Source of the DNA: a virus
IMG/VR virus record: IMGVR_UViG_3300043775_001610
Location: 46,253 to 110,252 of that record
Reading direction: 5' to 3' (one strand)
Length of the DNA: 64,000 bases
Shown: piece after piece, positions 58,367 to 64,000 of the stretch
Layout of the letters: each line of letters starts with the position of its first letter
Numbering within the stretch: position 1 is the stretch's first letter
The notes under the pieces: generated by a model
The model's database searches: none
What the model was told of the DNA's origin: nothing
The model's input: the letters and a program-made list of their open reading frames with translations, nothing else
Made by a program: the position numbers and the translations under genes

Positions 58367-58661
58367 TCTAGAATCAGCCGTAAAGCATCACGGCACATTT
58401 ATTTTTGGATCACCAGAAAGCTCAATTGGAATAAATAAAGACGGTGATTCATACGACTACTCTTTTAATACTGAGACTGGAAGAGTTTCTTACGATAAAG
58501 ATATTGATAATACTTACTTAGTTTATCTAAATAACACCTATACAGAAAAAATTGAAAAAAGAAGATTGACTTTAGAGCAGCTTACAAAGTGGTTCTACGA
58601 TCTATCAGATGAATATTTTAATGAAAATGTAAAGAATATAGCTCTGGAGGAAAATATATAA
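58359..58661 (+). CDS. Hypothetical protein
   Basis: Coupled ORF between the two oxygenases. Confidence 0.6.
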   Translation: MFDLESAVKHHGTFIFGSPESSIGINKDGDSYDYSFNTETGRVSYDKDIDNTYLVYLNNTYTEKIEKRRLTLEQLTKWFYDLSDEYFNENVKNIALEENI

Positions 58662-59431
58662 TGGAATTAAATGAGATAGACGATAGCGATCTGTACTCAG
58701 AAAGAGGATCTAATTTTCCAAAATATTTTTTGAAAAACAAGGAAATTCTAGAAAATAGAAAAGTCATAATAGATAAAGATTTGTGGTACATTCCAGACTT
58801 TCTTACAAAAGAGGAGCTTGAATACTTAAAGCCATTTTGTGATGATAAAACTGGCTGGTACCTAACATCAAGATCTAGCTCTATTAGAAATAAATTTATT
58901 GGTGTTAACTATAGAATACACCCAGAAGGAACAGTCTGCCCAACACGTGGAATAGATTTAAGTAACAGCGCAATATTTCCAGATGAAACAGATTCAAGAT
59001 ACCATCCAGAGTTGTGGTACAAGCCTGAAGGAGTATTCGATAGAATGAAAGTGGTTCTTCCAAATAGACTAAATGAGGATATCACTCTACAATCATTCTG
59101 GCCTCTGGATGACTCAGATCATAGTGGTGCATACCAATGGCACTGGGAAAAAAGTATGGCAGCAGAGCTAGGAGACACAGAGTTCAATGACTTTGGAATG
59201 ACAGCGGCATGGTCAATATATTTAAATGAAGATTTTGAGGACGGTAATTTAGAGTTTTCATATAAGCCATATGTCATTAAGCCTAAAGCTGGAATGTTAA
59301 TATCAATTCCAATGACAAAAGAATTTACTCATCGTGTAACTCCAGTAAAAAATGGAGAAAGACATACCCTTTATGGAACATGCTTTCAAGATTTAAACGA
59401 TAGAGAAATTTCTAATGGAGAAACCTGCTAA
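58661..59431 (+). CDS. 2OG-Fe(II) oxygenase (HxE variant)
   Basis: DFLTKEE, HWE, YLNEDFEDG, HRVTPVKNGERHT. Confidence 0.85.
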   Translation: MELNEIDDSDLYSERGSNFPKYFLKNKEILENRKVIIDKDLWYIPDFLTKEELEYLKPFCDDKTGWYLTSRSSSIRNKFIGVNYRIHPEGTVCPTRGIDLSNSAIFPDETDSRYHPELWYKPEGVFDRMKVVLPNRLNEDITLQSFWPLDDSDHSGAYQWHWEKSMAAELGDTEFNDFGMTAAWSIYLNEDFEDGNLEFSYKPYVIKPKAGMLISIPMTKEFTHRVTPVKNGERHTLYGTCFQDLNDREISNGETC

Positions 59432-59434
59432 CTA

Positions 59435-59463
59435 TTGACTAGCTATCTTGGTTATAGTATAAT
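59435..59463 (+). promoter_or_regulatory. Sigma70-type promoter, leaderless start at 59471
   Basis: TTGACT-N17-TATAAT. Confidence 0.7.
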
Positions 59464-59470
59464 ATAATAT

Positions 59471-59632
59471 ATGAAAACACTTATTATTATTTTTATTTTA
59501 TCTTTAGCTGTCTGCGGATATCTGGGATATAAACTTTATCAAGAAATTTCTGTAATTATGGAAGCAAAAAAAATACAAGATAAATCGGCACAGGATCGGT
59601 TTTGGGCAAGTCAACAGTCGTTCGAGGAGTAA
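59471..59632 (+). CDS. 53-aa TM microprotein
   Basis: MKTLIIIFILSLAVCGYLGYK... Confidence 0.6.
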   Translation: MKTLIIIFILSLAVCGYLGYKLYQEISVIMEAKKIQDKSAQDRFWASQQSFEE

Positions 59633-59635
59633 AAA

Positions 59636-59932
59636 ATGATTAAGCCATTTGGCAACTTATTGTTAGTTAAAGAAAATAAGGTAGAAGACAGAACCACATC
59701 GTCTGGTATAGTTTTAATGGCTTCGCTTAGCGATTCTCCTCTCAGGGTTGGAAAGATACTTGATCTTGGAAATGGTGAACATAACTATAAGGGTGAGCTT
59801 ATACCAATTAATGGATTGGCCATTGGAGATAGTGTGTATTACAATCAAAACAGTGGCACAGATATTGAAGATGAAGACGGGGAAAAGTATTTGCTTTTGA
59901 ATACAAAGAGCGTACTAGCAATTAAGAGGTAA
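59636..59932 (+). CDS. groES: GroES-like co-chaperonin
   Basis: IKPFGN.LLVK...TTSSGIVL...G.G...GD.V; no groEL in the window. Confidence 0.88.
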   Translation: MIKPFGNLLLVKENKVEDRTTSSGIVLMASLSDSPLRVGKILDLGNGEHNYKGELIPINGLAIGDSVYYNQNSGTDIEDEDGEKYLLLNTKSVLAIKR

Positions 59933-59934
59933 AT

Positions 59935-60120
59935 TTGAGAAACAAATTTAACTTTAAGGTTTTATCTAACTCAGTTGTTCTTCAGGTTAAAACCAAATCA
60001 CCAGAGAAGTGGCTTCTTGTAGACAGAGAAACTGGACAGGTTTATCAGGGTAGCGAAAATGGACATTGGGATAGATTAGATCCAGTTATAAAATATACTG
60101 ATGATTCTACTATATTGTAA
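59935..60120 (+). CDS. Hypothetical protein
   Basis: TKSPEKWLLVDRETGQVY motif. Confidence 0.65.
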   Translation: MRNKFNFKVLSNSVVLQVKTKSPEKWLLVDRETGQVYQGSENGHWDRLDPVIKYTDDSTIL

Positions 60121-60129
60121 CTAATTTAG

Positions 60130-60189
60130 CGAAAAAAGTGCGGCGGAAAATAGAAGGCTATTGACAGTACCTGTCGTATATTATATAAT
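60130..60189 (+). promoter_or_regulatory. Repeated promoter element, copy A
   Basis: CGAAAAAAGTG..GGCGGAAAATAGA; TTGACA-N17-TATAAT; hairpin GACAG-TAC-CTGTC. Confidence 0.75.
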
Positions 60190-60197
60190 AAACTATA

Positions 60198-60329
60198 ATG
60201 ATAAAAAAACTTGTATGTAAAATTAAAGGCCATTTTCTTGTAAATGCAGGAACATGCCCATATACTGGATCAACATATCAATATTGTGAAAGATGTGAGA
60301 CAATGATTCCAATTCAGGTGGCAGTGTGA
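60198..60329 (+). CDS. 43-aa Cys/His microprotein (DUF1660-like)
   Basis: CKIKGH...CERC. Confidence 0.6.
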   Translation: MIKKLVCKIKGHFLVNAGTCPYTGSTYQYCERCETMIPIQVAV

Positions 60330-60448
60330 AAGAGCCAAGAATAATGAAGATGGACTGGCGTTCATTAGGATACTGGCCTGTGTACAAAGATGGAAAGCTT
60401 ACTTGGGAAAGGGATCCAGATGAAGCAGAAGATAACCTTTTACTCTAA
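60326..60448 (+). CDS. 40-aa microprotein
   Basis: GTGA overlap; MDWRSLGYWPVYKDGK. Confidence 0.5.
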   Translation: MKEPRIMKMDWRSLGYWPVYKDGKLTWERDPDEAEDNLLL

Positions 60449-61166
60449 AAGAAAGCAAAACATAGGAAACGAGCATATTCCAGAGCCATCCAAAAGTGCT
60501 ATTCCAGAATGGTTTTCTTCGGCGGACAAGCATAGAAAAATGCCTAACGGTCTTTATGAACTTAACCTTGTTACTAAAGATGGTAAACAAGAATTTGAAA
60601 GAGTCTTATCTTGGAAGTCTTGTCCAGCGCTTTTAGATGCAGTAATATCTGGCTATGTATTAAAAACTCCAGTTGATATAAAAATAAATAAGGTCAACGG
60701 TAATCCACATATTTCTAATATTGAAGAGTGTGGCTATTTTTGCAGCATGCGAGGTTATCAAGAAGGATTGCCTACTCCACATGGATATGAAGACCTACAA
60801 CTTCAATGGATTACAAACTGGGTTCCAAAAGTCCCTGCAGGCTACACAACTATGTGGACTCACCCTTTAAATAGATTTGATTTACCTTTTGTTTCTATAT
60901 CAGGTTTTGTAGATACAGAATCTTATAATCAAAGGGGAAAGCTTCCGTTTTTTATAAAAAAAGATTTTGAAGGAACAATACCAGCAGGAACTCCATTTAT
61001 ACAGATATTTCCAATTAAAAATGAAAACTGGCAGATGGATTTAAAGTTATATACGGAAGAAGAAATAGAAGAAAATGATCAAGTAGATTACAAAATAACA
61101 CATCTACAAGATTCTAGTAAATCTAATTACAAAAAAAGTTTTTGGGTAAAAAAACAATATGAATAG
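60420..61166 (+). CDS. DUF6065-like protein
   Basis: IPEWF...KSCPALLDA...GY; HPLNRFDLPF..ISGFVD; IPAGTPFIQIFP. Confidence 0.6.
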   Translation: MKQKITFYSKRKQNIGNEHIPEPSKSAIPEWFSSADKHRKMPNGLYELNLVTKDGKQEFERVLSWKSCPALLDAVISGYVLKTPVDIKINKVNGNPHISNIEECGYFCSMRGYQEGLPTPHGYEDLQLQWITNWVPKVPAGYTTMWTHPLNRFDLPFVSISGFVDTESYNQRGKLPFFIKKDFEGTIPAGTPFIQIFPIKNENWQMDLKLYTEEEIEENDQVDYKITHLQDSSKSNYKKSFWVKKQYE

Positions 61167-61174
61167 GAGCAAAA

Positions 61175-61438
61175 ATGATTGAATGGTTGGCAAGACGTAT
61201 ATTTAGTTGGACAAGCCTTAGAGAATACATCTTTGATGAAGTTCATCTATATGATCATTTAGATACAATTGTTAATGACCCAGAAGGAATGAAGATAGCA
61301 TCCTCAAGCTGGATGGAAGGCGATATGTGGTATGGTTGGACATATGATAGTAACGCAAAGCGTTACTACTTTGACGATATTGGTAATAAATCCCTTATCG
61401 GTTTATGGGAAGATCAATTCCTAAGCAAGGCAGACTAA
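61175..61438 (+). CDS. Hypothetical protein
   Basis: SD AGGAG. Confidence 0.65.
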   Translation: MIEWLARRIFSWTSLREYIFDEVHLYDHLDTIVNDPEGMKIASSSWMEGDMWYGWTYDSNAKRYYFDDIGNKSLIGLWEDQFLSKAD

Positions 61439-61441
61439 CAT

Positions 61442-61512
61442 TTCAGGTTCCTATAATGGTCGTAGAGCGGTTTCCGAAACCGATAATGAAGGTCCGATTC
61501 CTTCACCTGGAG
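61442..61512 (+). tRNA. Atypical tRNA with CCG anticodon (nominally Arg)
   Basis: Acceptor TTCAGGT/ACCTGGA, D-stem CTAT/GTAG, anticodon loop TTCCGAA, T-arm GAAGG-TCCGATT-CCTTC. Confidence 0.75.
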
Positions 61513-61516
61513 CTTA

Positions 61517-61708
61517 GTGTCTAAACATTGGGAAGATAAGTCTCAGTGGATAACAAATTGCCCTATTTGTTATTGTGCAGTAACTCATCAATTAAGAGAC
61601 TATCATATTCAATATCATGAAGATTTGATCGCAATTAGTGAGGTCGGCGAAAATAGAGAGATCCCAGTCAACTACGTTGACACAACTGATGGTATAATAG
61701 ATACCTAA
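61517..61708 (+). CDS. C2H2-like microprotein
   Basis: CPIC...HIQYH; its 3' part runs through repeat copy B. Confidence 0.55.
   Translation: MSKHWEDKSQWITNCPICYCAVTHQLRDYHIQYHEDLIAISEVGENREIPVNYVDTTDGIIDT
61630..61698 (+). promoter_or_regulatory. Repeated promoter element, copy B
   Basis: CGCAATTAGTG..CGGCGAAAATAGAG; hairpin GTCAAC-TAC-GTTGAC; TGGTATAAT. Confidence 0.65.
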
Positions 61709-61727
61709 CGATAAGGGTATATTAAAT

Positions 61728-61973
61728 ATGGAACAGTGGGTAAATAGCTACGCCTCATACGTGCTTGTTTTAAGCGGTGCTGCAGCTATGTTTGTAATTG
61801 GCAGGAAGAAAAGATTTGGTTGGCTCTGGTTCATATTTAATGAATTTATGTGGACTGCATATGCTTTGATAACAAAGCAGTACGGTTTTATTCTTGGCGC
61901 TATCCTTTATGGGATAGTAGGTGTTAAATCTTATTTACACTGGTCTAAAAAGGGAATAAACAAGATACATTAA
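61728..61973 (+). CDS. Three-TM PnuC or SemiSWEET-like membrane protein
   Basis: GRKKRFGW...W..YA....YG pattern. Confidence 0.6.
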   Translation: MEQWVNSYASYVLVLSGAAAMFVIGRKKRFGWLWFIFNEFMWTAYALITKQYGFILGAILYGIVGVKSYLHWSKKGINKIH

Positions 61974-61985
61974 TAGGGGGAACCA

Positions 61986-62234
61986 ATGGCATACTCTAGA
62001 TTTACAGACAGCGACATTTATATATACGCTCATGTAGGCGGATGGATAGAATGTGCTGCATGTTGGTTAAATGAACGTTCAGATGAATACTCTTTATTAT
62101 CAATGTCAGAAGAGATCCATGATGATGGACATTTAATTGCTCATGTACGGGAGCATATTAAAGCAGGGCACGATGTACCAATAGGGCTATTAGCCGAGAT
62201 CCTAGATGATCCAGAAAGATATGGTAAAATATGA
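61986..62234 (+). CDS. Hypothetical protein
   Basis: MAYSRF..SDIYIY...ECAAC...H..EH..AGH. Confidence 0.65.
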   Translation: MAYSRFTDSDIYIYAHVGGWIECAACWLNERSDEYSLLSMSEEIHDDGHLIAHVREHIKAGHDVPIGLLAEILDDPERYGKI

Positions 62235-62236
62235 GT

Positions 62237-62458
62237 ATGGATAATATTGAATTAACAGATGAAGAGATCTCAAAAGGGTATCAATCAGAGAACCCAGATG
62301 AAGATAAGTGGGACAACATTGAGAAGGCTTGCTGGAGCGGATACAAGCAGGTGGGTATGAAGGACAAGGGCGGAAGAAGAGTCCCTAACTGCGTACCTGT
62401 AAAGAAGTCCCTATTTGGCACAGAAGGCCCTCAGAAGCTCATACCAAGGAATAAGTAA
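62237..62458 (+). CDS. Protein with a CWxGY...VPNCV motif
   Basis: ACWSGYKQVGMKDKGGRRVPNCVP; leaderless after TGGTAAAAT. Confidence 0.65.
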   Translation: MDNIELTDEEISKGYQSENPDEDKWDNIEKACWSGYKQVGMKDKGGRRVPNCVPVKKSLFGTEGPQKLIPRNK

Positions 62459-62459
62459 T

Positions 62460-62627
62460 ATGGGTATATTAGATAACCTTGAAGCCTACTTAGAATCGGC
62501 GGAAGAGGCAGAAAAGTGCCATTACTGCCAAGCTATAGCTACATATAATGACCTAGCAGAAGTAGATAGAACCTATCAAATAGTAGGTGTATGTGCATGT
62601 CATGCATATAAAGGATTAGTTTCATAA
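62460..62627 (+). CDS. Zn-finger microprotein
   Basis: MGILDNLE...CHYC...CACH. Confidence 0.6.
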   Translation: MGILDNLEAYLESAEEAEKCHYCQAIATYNDLAEVDRTYQIVGVCACHAYKGLVS

Positions 62628-62634
62628 TATAGAT

Positions 62635-62694
62635 CGAAAAAGTGAAGTCGAAAAGTAGAGACCTCTTGTCAGTACCTGACATAAATGTTATAAT
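62635..62694 (+). promoter_or_regulatory. Repeated promoter element, copy C
   Basis: CGAAAAAGTG..GTCGAAAAGTAGAG; TTGTCA-N17-TATAAT; hairpin TGTCAG-TAC-CTGACA. Confidence 0.75.
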
Positions 62695-62700
62695 AAATAC

Positions 62701-62910
62701 ATGCTGCAGAACTTAGAAATACCTGATCCCTTTGCTACTTTTGTGGCACATAAATATGCCAACTTTAAGGGAGCTAAATATGACTTCTTTAGCGGTGAAT
62801 GGGATATGGCATGCGGTGCATGCCAAGAGCCATTGAGCGCTCCAACTAAAAAGATATTGACTAAGATCAGACTATATCACACTAGAAATGAATGCATGGG
62901 TGGATACTAA
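62701..62910 (+). CDS. Hypothetical protein (leaderless)
   Basis: CGAC...HTRNEC. Confidence 0.65.
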   Translation: MLQNLEIPDPFATFVAHKYANFKGAKYDFFSGEWDMACGACQEPLSAPTKKILTKIRLYHTRNECMGGY

Positions 62911-63257
62911 TTAAGAACCTAAACCAGGTATTTAAGCCATATAAAGCTCAATTTGATAGATGTCCCCTACACATCAAGATCATAGCCGTTTTGTGCGTTA
63001 TGTACCTATCTGTCCCAATTGACCCATTTGATATACTATTTCCCTGGATGGCATTTAGTGATGATCTATTCATAGCAGGCATCCTACTCAAGATATTGCA
63101 CAAACACGGCGGGCTACCAGAAGAGGATAAGACTTCCCCTATAGACCTACTAAGAGATATATTCAAGAGAGTAGATAAGAAACAAGAGCCTACCTCCTTA
63201 GCAGCACATTTATTTATAGATAATGTATGCAAGAATTGTGGATTGAAAGAGGTGTAA
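62892..63257 (+). CDS. DUF1232 (YkvA)-like membrane protein
   Basis: YLSVPIDPFD..FPW...DD. Confidence 0.6.
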   Translation: MHGWILIKNLNQVFKPYKAQFDRCPLHIKIIAVLCVMYLSVPIDPFDILFPWMAFSDDLFIAGILLKILHKHGGLPEEDKTSPIDLLRDIFKRVDKKQEPTSLAAHLFIDNVCKNCGLKEV

Positions 63258-63260
63258 TAA

Positions 63261-63416
63261 ATGATAGATAAGATTATAGGTAGAAATCCTAATTGTTATA
63301 CAGGAGGAGATTGCTGGAATTATGACTATTCAGATAGATGGTTGTTACTATTCGGTATTGCAATATCAATAGTATTCATAGCCCTAAAAATACGCTCAAT
63401 AAGAGGTGGCAAATAG
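63261..63416 (+). CDS. 51-aa TM microprotein
   Basis: MIDKIIGRNPNCYTGGDCW...LLLFGIAISIVFIAL. Confidence 0.55.
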   Translation: MIDKIIGRNPNCYTGGDCWNYDYSDRWLLLFGIAISIVFIALKIRSIRGGK

Positions 63417-63418
63417 AT

Positions 63419-63583
63419 ATGGCAAAAAAACGGAAGTTCAATTGGGATCAACAGGTTAAATATGCCCAAGAAGCATTAGATAAGAATAAAGCCCTAATAG
63501 AGTCTACATCTAGAGGAACTAATGCAAATAAGGCTTCATCTTGGTCTAGAAGACCATCTAAGAACAAGAGCCCATTGCAATAA
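63419..63583 (+). CDS. 54-aa basic protein
   Basis: SD GAGGTG; MAKKRKFNWD. Confidence 0.6.
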   Translation: MAKKRKFNWDQQVKYAQEALDKNKALIESTSRGTNANKASSWSRRPSKNKSPLQ

Positions 63584-63652
63584 ATTAGCTCCTACCCATT
63601 ATATCCCCCTCCCTTTAATCTCCCTTGTATGAGCCTCCTAGAGGCTTATTTA

Positions 63653-63678
63653 GTGGAGTATTGTGGAGTAAAGTGGAG
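63653..63678 (+). promoter_or_regulatory. Triple GTGGAG direct repeat with a 10-bp period (MraZ-box-like)
   Basis: GTGGAG-TATT-GTGGAG-TAAA-GTGGAG. Confidence 0.6.
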
Positions 63679-64000
63679 AATCATACTATCAATTTAGATC
63701 CAAATACTATCATTATATATAGTTAAACATATGTGTGTAATGGAACGTTACCATTTGATGGGTCATAATGTCAATAGGGCCCATATAAAGCATATTGGCC
63801 AATATATGTCAATAGATATTCCAGGAAATTTTTTTATTTGTTCGTAAAGAGCAATTTTGGCCCATATTTATGCCAAAAAATTATGTCTAATTCTGTATAA
63901 TTTGTCTCATATAATGAGATATTTTATACAGATATTGACAGATTTTATTCGATTTGCTACAAATTCCAGCGTATTTTTATATGCGTCGTAAAGAAGAAAT

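Noticed and set aside
191-63232. All - strand ORFs in the track (e.g. 46324-46656, 55365-55859)
   Set aside because: They are antisense shadows of well-supported + strand genes or low-complexity repeats, or overlap tRNAs (43064-43279).
1-64000. Stop-codon reassignment
   Set aside because: Long genes are intact in code 11; TAA, TAG and TGA all end genes at sensible places; there is no suppressor tRNA.

Overview
A 64-kb segment of a large, AT-rich tailed phage genome, probably a siphovirus-type phage of freshwater Actinobacteria. The host inference rests on whiB, the ahpC-ahpD pair, an FmdB-type Zn ribbon, many leaderless genes and an MraZ-type box. Every credible gene lies on the + strand. 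Order: tail module (chaperone pair with a -1 frameshift, 3514-aa tape measure, tail tip and fibre genes, 1-25 kb); replication and recombination module (phosphoesterase, DnaB, primase, two SSBs, DnaE, RecA, Cas4-like nuclease, RuvC, 25-38 kb); terminase (38.8-41.2 kb); then an accessory region with 5 tRNAs, redox and stress genes (AhpC/D, GPx, Trx, Hsp20, GroES), a lysis cassette, secreted proteins, two 2OG-Fe(II) oxygenases and many microproteins, ending in a structured non-coding region. Main leads: (1) the tape measure is modular, with kinase-like and ADP-ribosyltransferase-like cassettes between repeated [FY]xxGG motifs; (2) a three-copy promoter element with a covarying TAC-loop hairpin; (3) a two-copy covarying H-type pseudoknot; (4) an MraZ-type triple GTGGAG box; (5) a micropeptide plus oxygenase operon; (6) an atypical CCG-anticodon tRNA. 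All calls are by motif recognition; no database search was run.
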